64,000 nt of DNA from Candidatus Bathyarchaeia archaeon. GTDB taxonomy: Archaea > Thermoproteota > Bathyarchaeia > Bathyarchaeales > Bathycorpusculaceae. The notes beneath the pieces are model-generated. The model did no database searches. It saw only the letters and a program-made list of their open reading frames with translations, and was not told where the DNA came from. Location of the stretch: NCBI GenBank assembly GCA_041447175.1, contig CP166960.1, positions 703,507 through 767,506 of the forward strand. The letters run 5' to 3'. The position numbers and the translations under genes were made by a program. Below are positions 28,959 through 37,994 of this stretch, in pieces. Every line of letters starts with the position of its first letter. The first letter of the stretch is position 1.

Positions 28959-29036
28959 TGGTGGGGCTGGGGAGATTTGAACTCCCGTCACGAACGCCCG
29001 AGGCTCATAGCCTGGACCATGCTAGCCGACAGCCCC
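28959..29036 (-). tRNA. tRNA-Pro (anticodon CGG) with encoded CCA
   Basis: Hand-folded cloverleaf. Acceptor GGGGCTG/CAGCCCC; D-arm GGCT/GGCT with G-U pairs; anticodon stem TGAGC/GTTCG; loop CT-CGG-GC (U33, G37); T-arm GGGAG-TTCAAAT-CTCCC; discriminator A followed by CCA. Confidence 0.8.
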
Positions 29037-29285
29037 ACAAGCGGCTACGGTTTATGTTCTTTGGGCAGACATGAACATAAGTGTTCCTCAACAAAAAGGT
29101 TCACCCTTGTCTTGTCAAGTTTTCTTGAGGCGCTTGGATTAAGTCAAGAAAGTTTGACCAGAAAACACGCTTGTTTCCGTTCTGTTTAGTCAAAAAACCT
29201 TTACAAAAACCCTTTTTTACGCTGAAAATCCTAGACAAATTGGGCTTCGGCTCAGGCACAGTTTGAACAATTGGAGAAGTAGGGT

Positions 29286-30029
29286 ATGTTTGACCTTAAA
29301 AAAGCGTTTGCCGCTGCTTTACTTGCAGTGGCAGTTTTGGTTTTGTATTATTTTCTCAGCGGCAAAGGGTTTGGGTTAAGCAGCAGCAACTGGGTGCTGG
29401 TCGCATTAAACATTGGCTTCTTCAGCCTATTCTTCCTGTTCATACCCTTCAAACGCAAAGTCAAACGCCGCCACGCCAGCATATACCTCGCCTTCATCGT
29501 AGGCTTATACGCCGAAATGTACGGCGTCCCCTTAACCATGTACTTCTTCACCTGGGCGTTTGGCTACAACAACGTCTACACCCTTGAATTCCTACTCTCC
29601 GGAGTTTTAGGACCTGAACTGTTCTACGCAGTCTTCACGTTCTTCATATTTCCCGCAACCGCCCTCGTAATGGTCGCTGGCATCTTGCTTATTGTGTTTG
29701 GCTGGAGAGACATCCACCGCGGCAAAGCAACCAACCAACTGGTTTCAACTGGCATCTATGGGCGAATTCGGCATCCCCAGTACTTGGGTTTTCTGCTCCT
29801 CACGCTGGGCATGAACCTGGAGTGGACCACCATATTCACGTTTCTGCTCTGGCCCGTACTGGTCGTCATGTACTATCGGCTGGCAAAAGAAGAAGACATG
29901 GACAATCAGGAGCAGTTCGGCGAAGAATTCCAACAATACAAAAACCGTGTCCCAGGCTTCCTGCCCCGGCTAACCAAACCCCACTTCACCTTGAAGCAGG
30001 CAAACCCCAAACGCTTCCCACAGACATAA
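29286..30029 (+). CDS. Isoprenylcysteine carboxyl methyltransferase (ICMT)/phospholipid methyltransferase family membrane protein
   Basis: Multi-TM with GIYGRIRHPQYLGFLL and EEDMDNQEQFGEEFQQYKNRVP, characteristic of the ICMT/PEMT family. Confidence 0.75.
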   Translation: MFDLKKAFAAALLAVAVLVLYYFLSGKGFGLSSSNWVLVALNIGFFSLFFLFIPFKRKVKRRHASIYLAFIVGLYAEMYGVPLTMYFFTWAFGYNNVYTLEFLLSGVLGPELFYAVFTFFIFPATALVMVAGILLIVFGWRDIHRGKATNQLVSTGIYGRIRHPQYLGFLLLTLGMNLEWTTIFTFLLWPVLVVMYYRLAKEEDMDNQEQFGEEFQQYKNRVPGFLPRLTKPHFTLKQANPKRFPQT

Positions 30030-30118
30030 CTTCCCCAAACCACCACGTTTTTTTGTCTGGAGAAACCTAAATAGGCTTGCCGCGTTCACGCTTTAGCAGA
30101 ACGCTTCGGAGAAGTTAC

Positions 30119-30622
30119 ATGCCCCAAAAAAACCGACGATACACCCTCAAAACCAAAGAATCCAAACAAATCCTCACCCAAGCTTCCGAAAAACTCAAAC
30201 TCAACCTTGACAACCTCGTAGGCGCAAAAGCCAATGTGGAAATTGTAGAAGCCGACTTTGGTGACCTGCTGCTTATCGACGGCACGCCTCTGCTTTTTAG
30301 GACCGCGGGACTGGTTTTTCCCACGTTAATGGCGGAGGCAATTGTGACGCGGCTGCCCAAAGTCGTGGTGGATATGGGGGCGGTCAGGTTTGTCTGCAAC
30401 GGCGCCGACATCATGGCTCCAGGCGTGGTCCGCTACGACGGAGACTTCGCAGCTGGCGACGTGGTTGTGGTTGTGGATGAAAAACATGGCAAGCCGTTAG
30501 CTCTAGGTGAATCGCTATACCCTTCAACCGAAGCCCGCGGGATTAAGCAGGGACCTGTCGTTAAAAGCCGGCACTGTGTGAGCGATAAAGTTTGGAATTT
30601 CGCCAAGTTGTCGACTGAGTAA
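30119..30622 (+). CDS. PUA domain RNA-binding protein (archaeal MCT-1/Tma20-like)
   Basis: Pre-PUA plus PUA region (GADIMAPGVVRYDGDFAAGDVVVVVDEKHGKPLALGESL). Confidence 0.75.
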   Translation: MPQKNRRYTLKTKESKQILTQASEKLKLNLDNLVGAKANVEIVEADFGDLLLIDGTPLLFRTAGLVFPTLMAEAIVTRLPKVVVDMGAVRFVCNGADIMAPGVVRYDGDFAAGDVVVVVDEKHGKPLALGESLYPSTEARGIKQGPVVKSRHCVSDKVWNFAKLSTE

Positions 30623-30794
30623 ACCGCGTGTGGCTTTTTCGGTGACAATCCATGCATATGCCAACGACTTTCACGTTTTCGACACGTTGCTGCCTACCCA
30701 GCAAGCCTTTTCCAAGTACAGTGACGTAGCCGAGAGGTTTGCCGCATTTCTGGCATCGGACTGGTTCGTTTTCGTTCATTTGGGTCACTTCCAT
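30561..30794 (-). CDS. Possible small zinc-ribbon protein at the end of the ABC-2 operon
   Basis: CQKCG...CMDC pairs. Its start overlaps the permease stop, and its 3' end overlaps the convergent PUA gene by ~60 nt. Weak support. Confidence 0.3.
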   Translation of the reverse strand: MEVTQMNENEPVRCQKCGKPLGYVTVLGKGLLGRQQRVENVKVVGICMDCHRKSHTRFTQSTTWRNSKLYRSHSAGF

Positions 30795-31537
30795 TTAGTG
30801 AGGATTTCTTCCCGCCGAAACGTCGCTTTAGCCACGTAAAACAACGCCAAATCCGCCACCGCAAGCGCGCCTGAAACAACCAAGCCTAAGGTGACCAGCG
30901 GGATGGAGGGGATGGAGGTTGCAAGTATCATCACCATCAGCAGGGGCAAGATGATTAAGCCGCCCAGTTGCTGAGCAGCGCGGATATCGTTGACGCGGGA
31001 GGAAATGATGACGTTAGCTTCAACGCTTAAAACGCAGGCAAGCGGCGTCATTAACCCCATGACAACTGCCCAGTAGAGGTTGGGCAACAGCCAAACACCC
31101 AGCGTCATCGAGGACCATACGTCGATTATGACCACAAAGATGGCGGTGCCTATGTATGTGGCGCCTATGCAGGGAATGAAGGAGGCGAGGCTTTTGCCAA
31201 ACAGCAACTCCGCATCCGTGGTTGGCGTTGCCAGAAGCGGCTCAAGGCTTTTTTCCAGTTTTTCGCCTACAAAACTGTACGATGCAATGATGGTGGGCAG
31301 CACGGCGGCGATGACCACAAAGTACGCCGTGAACATGTCAATGAGCATGTAGGCGGTTTGCACCATTTGCGGGTTGTTTATGCTGCTGGCTCCGGCGGTT
31401 ATCGAGAAAATCAGGATGCCTGGAATCAAAATGCCCATAAGCAGGGGTAAAGCAACAAGCGAGTACGTGATGTACTTGTTTTTCTTAAACACCGATAGGT
31501 CTTTTGAGGCAACTATCCACGCTTTTGCAAATCTCAC
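30785..31537 (-). CDS. ABC-2 family transporter permease
   Basis: Six hydrophobic helices. 1-nt overlap with the upstream ATPase gene. Confidence 0.65.
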   Translation of the reverse strand: MRFAKAWIVASKDLSVFKKNKYITYSLVALPLLMGILIPGILIFSITAGASSINNPQMVQTAYMLIDMFTAYFVVIAAVLPTIIASYSFVGEKLEKSLEPLLATPTTDAELLFGKSLASFIPCIGATYIGTAIFVVIIDVWSSMTLGVWLLPNLYWAVVMGLMTPLACVLSVEANVIISSRVNDIRAAQQLGGLIILPLLMVMILATSIPSIPLVTLGLVVSGALAVADLALFYVAKATFRREEILTKWK

Positions 31538-32469
31538 TATGCCTTCGCCTCCCTAATCAACTTTAAGTACACATCTTCAAGTGTGGACTTAAGCTCGGTC
31601 ACGTACTGTACATCTCCACCCGCAGCCACAATCGCCCGCACCAAGTCTGGGTTATCCTTCTCAGGGTGATCCATATCCAATACGAGTTTGTTATCGACGA
31701 CCCGAACATTACTGACCGAATTGAGCTTTTCAACTGACCTCGTTATCTCGTCGGTTACCATCTGCAGATGCACGATAGTCTTGCGACTGTAAAGGCTCCG
31801 CTCCAACTCCTTGGGTTCACCGACAGCAATAAGGCGGGTTTTGAGGATGCCTATGCGGTCACAAAGCCGTTCCGCCTCATCTAAATTGTGCGTGTTGAGA
31901 AAGATGGTGTTTTTTTCTTTTTTGAGCTCCAACACAAAATCCCGCACCGTCTTGGAGGCTTCGGGGTCGAGGTTGGCGGTGGGCTCATCCAAAAAAAGCA
32001 GCTTAGGTTCATGGATGAGGGCGCGGGCGATGGCGATTTTTTGTTTGGTGCCTTTGGAGAAGTTGCCTACGTTTTCGTCGCGGCGCTCCCAGATGCCCAG
32101 CAGCCGTAGCAGCCGCTCGATGTTTTCGCTTCGTTTCTCTGGGGGGACCTCGTAGAGTTTGCCGTAAAAATCCAAGTTACGGTATGCGCTTAGGTTATCA
32201 TATAAGCCTACGTTTTCAGGCAGTAGCCCCACCATTTTGCGGATAGCAAGGCAGTCGGATTCTTTGCCTGACTCGTAGCTGCCGATGTGGGCTTTTCCAC
32301 TGGTTGGTGTGATGAGGCAGCAAAGCATACGCACCGTGGTTGTTTTCCCCGCGGCGTTCGGTCCAAGAAACCCAAAAACTTCGCCGTCTCTAACTTTGAG
32401 GTTAAGGTTATCCACAGCAGTCAGGCTGCCGAATTTGCGGGTTAAATTTTCAGTTTCAATCATCCGCAA
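31537..32469 (-). CDS. ABC transporter ATP-binding protein
   Basis: Walker A GPNAAGKTT, signature FSKGTKQKIAIARA, Walker B LFLDEPTANLD, H-loop NTHN. Confidence 0.85.
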   Translation of the reverse strand: MRMIETENLTRKFGSLTAVDNLNLKVRDGEVFGFLGPNAAGKTTTVRMLCCLITPTSGKAHIGSYESGKESDCLAIRKMVGLLPENVGLYDNLSAYRNLDFYGKLYEVPPEKRSENIERLLRLLGIWERRDENVGNFSKGTKQKIAIARALIHEPKLLFLDEPTANLDPEASKTVRDFVLELKKEKNTIFLNTHNLDEAERLCDRIGILKTRLIAVGEPKELERSLYSRKTIVHLQMVTDEITRSVEKLNSVSNVRVVDNKLVLDMDHPEKDNPDLVRAIVAAGGDVQYVTELKSTLEDVYLKLIREAKA

Positions 32470-32602
32470 GAGCCCCTTAAAGTTGACTCTAATTAGGGCT
32501 TTTGGTATTTAGATTCTTCTATCCACCGCTTCTTTGTCGTCCTTGAGCAACTGGAGCTTAAGTTGATTTTTTCCCAGATATTTGCAGTTGTTGGGAAACG
32601 GT

Positions 32603-32863
32603 TTAGGTTTTTTCGTACTTGGAATCTTCGATGCGTTTGCGTTCCAGCTCCTCCTCAGAGATGTCCCTTTCAGGCTCCTGCTGGTTTTCCTGCGGAGGAT
32701 ACGTTATGGGGTCTGGGACGCTGGAGTAAATGTTGAGCCAACTGCGTTTGCCGCAGGCGGGGCACTTCACATAGTGAAGAGGACCCACGTGAGGCGCGAA
32801 AACTGCGCCGCCTAACCCTTGCTCGAAAACTGCCCCACATTTCTTGCATTTAACCCGAGCCAT
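32603..32863 (-). CDS. Small zinc-ribbon protein
   Basis: CKKCG...CPACG within 40 aa, plus an acidic C-terminal tail. Confidence 0.45.
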   Translation of the reverse strand: MARVKCKKCGAVFEQGLGGAVFAPHVGPLHYVKCPACGKRSWLNIYSSVPDPITYPPQENQQEPERDISEEELERKRIEDSKYEKT

Positions 32864-33168
32864 ATCTTTTCGTCCTGATGCCTGTTATTGTTGCATCAAT
32901 TGGAGCAAATGTAGTTAAGCTTTTCCAAAACAGAAAAACAAACACGACACCAACCGAAAACTATGGTCCAATAGTTGGTTTATGGCTTTTTTTTCGGATC
33001 CTGCTTTTTCGCCAAGAGACATGGCAGAGGCTTTTTGGGAATTCGGATTTTCAATCTGAAATCGTCGGTCACAAGCGTCTTATACGCCTTCAACAATACG
33101 CCTTTCAATAGGTGATTTCGAATACGTTAATTAGGGAACCAACCTATTTCCCTTGTGGAGTGACGTTT

Positions 33169-34191
33169 ATGGCGGTCTTGATTGATGACATCGGAAGCTT
33201 TCCCTTACCCCACGCCATAAGTCAAGAAGCGTTCAGCCGTGCCTATGTGGCGGCAAGAGACGCTTTCGCCAAAGGTGCCGACCCGCGCAGCGATGAGTTT
33301 GTGAAGGCAAACTTTTGTGAGGTGGTGCTTGACTCCTTCCGCAAGAAGCTAACTGCAGGGCTTGATGTGGTTAATTTTCCTCAACACTATGATGGGGTTA
33401 AGCAAATTGGCGACGTGCTGCATAAAGCCATGGACAATGGCACCTTTGTGGTTGACGAAAAGGATGCTTTTCTGCCCGAAGTTCGCCTAATCAGTCAAGA
33501 AGCCAAAAACCTCAGCGAAGAGTTCGGCAAACAGATTCTACTGAGAATTTCCCTCTTTGGACCGATGGAGTTGTATCTCAAAGAAATCGGCACCACCCCT
33601 TACCCTGATGTGCTGGATGGTTTTGCGCAGACCATTAGGCTTTTTGCAAAAAACTCCATCTTAGATACCAAGTATCTTAAGACCGAGGTTGTTTGTATTG
33701 ATGAGCCAAGCTTTGGTTTTCTTAACATTAACGCCGCAAACGATTTGATTCAGCAAACCTTGGCGAAAGCCTTCGATTTCTCGGGGGCAACTAGGCAAAT
33801 TCATCTGCACTCCTCAGTTCGGCTTCCCGACCTGCTACAGATAAAAAACCTTGATGTGCTGACATTTGAGTATGCGGCTTCCCCTAAAAACATCGAAGGC
33901 GTAACCAAACGCATGCTAGAAGCGGCAGATAAGCGGGTGCGTGTGGGCGTTGCCCGAACCGACATCGACACAATTCTGGCTGAACTGCACGACCAAGGCA
34001 TAGCAAATCCTTCCGCGGAGCAGCTTGTCGAAAGCAAAGCGGCAATACACAAACGGTACCTGTTTGCAAAAGAAAAGTTTGGCGACCAAATGACGTTTAC
34101 GGGTCCAGACTGCGGGTTAGGCGGCTGGCCAAGCCAAGACGCCGCGCAGATGCTTTTGGCGCGCGTGGTTGAAGCCGTCAAAAACCAGTAA
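33169..34191 (+). CDS. Cobalamin-independent methionine synthase (MetE C-terminal domain)-like protein
   Basis: VLIDDIGSFPLP N-terminus and C-terminal FTGPDCGLGGW resemble archaeal MetE-like/URO-D superfamily proteins. The usual H-x-C Zn motif position reads HLHSS. Confidence 0.5.
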   Translation: MAVLIDDIGSFPLPHAISQEAFSRAYVAARDAFAKGADPRSDEFVKANFCEVVLDSFRKKLTAGLDVVNFPQHYDGVKQIGDVLHKAMDNGTFVVDEKDAFLPEVRLISQEAKNLSEEFGKQILLRISLFGPMELYLKEIGTTPYPDVLDGFAQTIRLFAKNSILDTKYLKTEVVCIDEPSFGFLNINAANDLIQQTLAKAFDFSGATRQIHLHSSVRLPDLLQIKNLDVLTFEYAASPKNIEGVTKRMLEAADKRVRVGVARTDIDTILAELHDQGIANPSAEQLVESKAAIHKRYLFAKEKFGDQMTFTGPDCGLGGWPSQDAAQMLLARVVEAVKNQ

Positions 34192-34311
34192 CCCACTGTA
34201 GCCTTCAGCACGGGGTTTTCTGTGTTTCCGCCTTGACCTTTGGTAGGTAGGCTACCTTTTGATAGACCCTTCCCCTCCTACGTTTTGGTTAAAACCCACT
34301 TTCTATAGTCT

Positions 34312-35457
34312 CTATGTTTTTAGGTTCTTAAGGCAGCAGAGAAAATCGTCTATGTGTTGCTTTTTGGTGTGCGGCATCAAAACCACCCGTATACAGCCCA
34401 ACCGTGGTACGTGCGAGACATACCAGCCTTGACTGCGCAGTTTTTCCGTGAGTGCCCTTGGGTTCGCGGCGCGGAAAGCAACAATATTCATGTTTGGTCG
34501 AAGTAAAACTTCGAAACCTGCCGCTTCGAGCCCCTCGTACAAATAAGTGGTCAGCTTCATGCAGTGCGCCACCGTTTTCTTGAAGCCTTCGCGTCCCAAA
34601 GAAGCGAAAACTGCCCAAGTTGCGGCTGCCGAAGCTGCAGGACGCGTGCCCACAAAGGTACACTGAAAATCCTGTGTCAAATACGGCGTCGGGGTCTTGA
34701 TGCACTCCACGGCGTCTTTGTCTCGAAACAGGATGCCGCCTGCGGGGATTGTGGACATGCCCATCTTGTGGGGGTCAACTGTGACTGACCTAACCCCCTC
34801 CAGCTGGAAGTCAAATGCTGGAACCGTGTAGCCCAGCTCTTTCAGGAACGGTAGCACCAGCCCGCCAAATGCTGCGTCAACATGCAACGGCACGCCGTGG
34901 TTAAGGGCGATTTCGGAGAGTTCCTCAACGGGGTCAACTGTGCCCAACTCTGCCGAACCCGCGTTCCCCACAACGGCTATGGTGTGGTCGGTGATTTGCT
35001 GCTTCACAGAAACAAGGTCCACTTGGAAGTTTGTGTTCAGTTTCGCTTTTTTCGGCTTTATTTTGAGCAGGTCACAAATTTTGATAAACGAGAAATGCGC
35101 CGATTCAGGCACCACCACTTCAGGGTCGTCCACGTTTGCCGCGTTCCGCGCTGCATACAGTGCCATAAGGTTGGCTTCGGTTCCTCCTGAAACAATAAAC
35201 CCCGCGCCGTTTGCGGGTGCATGCAGAAGCGCCAGCAGGTCGGCGACCGCTTCCTGCTCCAGTTGTATGCTGCCAGGGAAAAGGGCGGGGTCACCAAGGT
35301 TTGCTTCCATGAAGCTTTTGTGGGCTGTTTTGGCTGCGGGGTGGGGGGTGGTGCACATGGAGCACAGGATTTTGCCGTCGCGGTATTTTTGGTCTTTTTG
35401 GTTTGCTTGTTTGAGTTTTGCCAAAACTTCCTTTTTGGTTAAGCCTTTGGCGCGCAT
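34312..35457 (-). CDS. mfnA: L-tyrosine/L-aspartate decarboxylase (methanofuran/CoA biosynthesis)
   Basis: Group II PLP decarboxylase of ~380 aa. SGGTEANL; PLP-lysine motif SVTVDPHKMG; overall match to archaeal MfnA architecture. Adjacent to mfnB. Confidence 0.8.
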   Translation of the reverse strand: MRAKGLTKKEVLAKLKQANQKDQKYRDGKILCSMCTTPHPAAKTAHKSFMEANLGDPALFPGSIQLEQEAVADLLALLHAPANGAGFIVSGGTEANLMALYAARNAANVDDPEVVVPESAHFSFIKICDLLKIKPKKAKLNTNFQVDLVSVKQQITDHTIAVVGNAGSAELGTVDPVEELSEIALNHGVPLHVDAAFGGLVLPFLKELGYTVPAFDFQLEGVRSVTVDPHKMGMSTIPAGGILFRDKDAVECIKTPTPYLTQDFQCTFVGTRPAASAAATWAVFASLGREGFKKTVAHCMKLTTYLYEGLEAAGFEVLLRPNMNIVAFRAANPRALTEKLRSQGWYVSHVPRLGCIRVVLMPHTKKQHIDDFLCCLKNLKT

Positions 35458-35466
35458 GCTTTTGCC

Positions 35467-36195
35467 TCAGATGCCTGCGGCGTGGCAAGGCTTCAACGCG
35501 TTTTTGATGACTTGGACGATGATTTGGACTTTTTCTTTGGTTATGTGCCCTGTAACTCTGTCTCCGTTTAAGCATGCTGCGCCTCGCAGTCCAATGATGT
35601 CTACGTCTAATCCGCAGAGCACGGGCAGATTCTCCAGCTTCAAGGAGCCTGCCAAGGCGGCTTGTAAGCCGTAGCTGTGCGCTTCATTGACAAACGCCTT
35701 CAGTTGTTTGGCGTTGAGGAAGTCCAGCAGGGTTTTGCCGTCTTTAATGGCGGTGTCCAGCATGGCTAAGTCGCATCCTGCCTGATGAGCGATTTTGGGG
35801 ACTGCCATGGGGTCAACGGAGTTTACTCGGTGGGCGTCGGCGTAGCCTGCAACCACCACCTTCACGTTAGAGTCAAAATCTTTAACGGCGTGGACCACAT
35901 TCTGCATCAAGAACACGGCGTCTTCTGGGGTTTTGAGGTGGTAGAGGCTAGCTTTGACGTAGTTGACGCCTGTTGAGGCTGCACCCAAAGCCGCCAGCGA
36001 CGCGCTCCCCGGCAGGTTGGGTAGGTCGCCAAGTGTGCAGCTGACCTCAAGGTTAGCGGGAGTCACCGTTCGGATTTGTTTGATGACCCACGGGAAACTG
36101 GCGCCTAGGGGTCCTTCTTTGGGGTTTTTCACGTCAATTATATCTGCACCGCCAGCGACGGCTTCCAAAGCTTCCATAGGGTTAATTGGGCTCAC
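35467..36195 (-). CDS. mfnB: (5-formylfuran-3-yl)methyl phosphate synthase
   Basis: SPINPMEALEAVAGGADIIDVKNPKEGPLGA and the TIM-barrel pattern typical of MJ1099/MfnB. The N-terminus probably starts slightly upstream at a non-ATG codon (in-frame ILLKLLV precedes the GTG). Confidence 0.8.
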   Translation of the reverse strand: MSPINPMEALEAVAGGADIIDVKNPKEGPLGASFPWVIKQIRTVTPANLEVSCTLGDLPNLPGSASLAALGAASTGVNYVKASLYHLKTPEDAVFLMQNVVHAVKDFDSNVKVVVAGYADAHRVNSVDPMAVPKIAHQAGCDLAMLDTAIKDGKTLLDFLNAKQLKAFVNEAHSYGLQAALAGSLKLENLPVLCGLDVDIIGLRGAACLNGDRVTGHITKEKVQIIVQVIKNALKPCHAAGI

Positions 36196-36504
36196 GAGCA
36201 GTTTCAGCAGTATCCGCTCCCATTCTGTATGGTGATGCAGATTTTCTCAACCTTAAAGCTTTTGCCCCAGAAATAAGTTTACGTTGTTTTCAAAGCGGGC
36301 TTCTTTTGAGAAGGGTTAACTTTTTGGCGTTTGCGGGAGACGTTTAGCTGCTCTAAACTGTTATCCTCCTCGGTTTTTGGCAGCGTCCGTTTTGGGTTGT
36401 TTTTTTAATTTGGGCTTTAAAATGGGTTTGTGTCGCGGCGAAAAACGGCGTGGAACGGCGGGAAAAGGCGCTGCAGGGCGGGTTTTGGCGCCGTTTGGCT
36501 TAAA

Positions 36505-37183
36505 TCAACTATGTACCCGCCGTTGTTTGAGCAAAACAGTAGCCGTCACTACCCCAACAACAGCAGCCGCTATCGCGCCCACCAAAAGAAGGTTCTCCTG
36601 CAAACCCGAGTCGCCTTTAGTTGTGGCTATTGAGGGAGATGGAATTGGTTGCGTTGCAGTTGATGAGGGCTTGGGAGGCGCAGTTGTTGGGGGTGCCGCT
36701 GAAGAAGGTGTAGGTGACGACGTTGGCGTCTGTGCTAAGCTGGGCGTTGGTGTCGGGGCAGGTGCTGGGGTTTGGTATGTTGGGTCAGGTGTGCCGTATC
36801 CTGCAGGCATATACTGCTCGTTAACCGCGCTTGGTTCAAACGAACCGATGAAATCACTAAAGCTAAATGTGAAACCGCCTACTGTGTAAATAACATCGTT
36901 TATTGCTGTGGCACCAAAATATGTGAGAGATGTGGGTTTAGGAGTGGTGCCTGTTGCCCAGTTGTTATTTTTTTGGGTTATAAACGTAAATAGCTGCCTC
37001 ATCAAAAACGTAGACTTGTTTAGAAGCATTTATGCCCTCAGTTGCGACTGCAACCCATGTGCTCCCTCTTGAAGGCGCTACTTCACCTTGGTCCTCCCAA
37101 AAGAACGCGTTGTTCTGCCAAAAGAACACCGCTTTGGCATGTTCGCTGCGGTTGCCACGTTTAAAAGGAACAACTTCACAGTC
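36505..37183 (-). pseudogene. Kelch-like repeat surface protein remnant (5'-truncated, frameshift in an A7 run) with PT-rich linker and C-terminal TM anchor
   Basis: The upstream frame reads ...STWVAVATEGINASKQVYVFDEAAIYVYNPKK-stop. A 1-nt shift in the A7 run (T-run 36968-36974 on the plus strand) continues it as NNNWATGTTPKPTSLTYFGATAINDVIYTVGG. There is no start codon or signal peptide upstream (in-frame TGA at 37184-37186). Confidence 0.5.
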
Positions 37184-37211
37184 TCATGCATAGGGCAACG
37201 AGGTTGACGAT

Positions 37212-37949
37212 TTGAAAATTATCCCTGTAATAGACATCTTAAACGGCGTAGCGGTGCATGCGGTAAGGGGGCAGCGGAGCCAGTATCAGCCCCTGAAAAG
37301 CGTCCTTTGCACTTCTGCGGAGCCGCTTGTCGTCGCTTCGGCATTCAAGGAATGCGGCTTTTTCGACTTGTACGTTGCCGATTTAGACGCCATTTTGGGC
37401 AGGGGCGAAAACTTCTCGGTTTTAAGGCAGATAGCCCAGCAGACGGGGTTGAAGTTGATGGTTGACGCAGGCGTCTCCGACCTTGAGGGAGCGCGACGGG
37501 TTTTGGGTTGCGGGGTGGCGAAGGTGATTGTGGGAACCGAAACCCTGCCCTGCCTAAGCTTCCTCAAAGACGCCGTCGAGTGTCTTGGGGCAGAGAAGGT
37601 TGTGGTTAGCCTTGACCTAAACGCGGGAAACGTGCTGGGCAAATCTGAGGCTTTGCGGTCTTTGGGTGCGTTGGAGCTTGCGGGGCAAGTGCAGGCGGCG
37701 GGGGTTTTGGAGTTGATTGCGCTGGATTTGGCGCGGGTCGGCAGCGGCGAAGGCACCGATATCCCGCTGTTGGACGCCTTGTTAGGCGGGTTGAATCTCC
37801 GGGTGCTTGTCGGCGGAGGCATGCGGGGCATCAACGATTTAGTCCTCCTAAAAGACAGGGGCGTTTACGGGGCGCTTGTGGCAACTGCCCTGCACTCGGG
37901 CAAGATTTCCATCGATGCCTTGCAGCATTCAGGTTTTCTTGAAACATAA
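37212..37949 (+). CDS. HisA/HisF-related TIM-barrel protein (archaeal H4MPT-associated family)
   Basis: MKIIPVIDILNGVAVHAVRG, KVIVGTETL and LVGGGMRGINDL are HisA/HisF-like phosphate-binding motifs. No other his genes are adjacent. Confidence 0.7.
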   Translation: MKIIPVIDILNGVAVHAVRGQRSQYQPLKSVLCTSAEPLVVASAFKECGFFDLYVADLDAILGRGENFSVLRQIAQQTGLKLMVDAGVSDLEGARRVLGCGVAKVIVGTETLPCLSFLKDAVECLGAEKVVVSLDLNAGNVLGKSEALRSLGALELAGQVQAAGVLELIALDLARVGSGEGTDIPLLDALLGGLNLRVLVGGGMRGINDLVLLKDRGVYGALVATALHSGKISIDALQHSGFLET

Positions 37950-37994
37950 CCCACTAGCGTTTCTTTTCCGTCAATTGGAACGTTTTCTGTGTGG

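Noticed and set aside
28818-29189. A 123-aa plus-strand ORF.
   Set aside because: It runs straight through the minus-strand tRNA-Pro (28959-29036) and has no motifs. It is an artefact.
34940-35674. A 244-aa plus-strand ORF.
   Set aside because: It is antisense to mfnA/mfnB, which have clear family motifs. Its own translation has none.
36377-36889. A 170-aa plus-strand ORF.
   Set aside because: It is antisense to the Pro/Thr-rich linker and anchor of the Kelch-like remnant, with a Gly/Ala/Val low-complexity translation.
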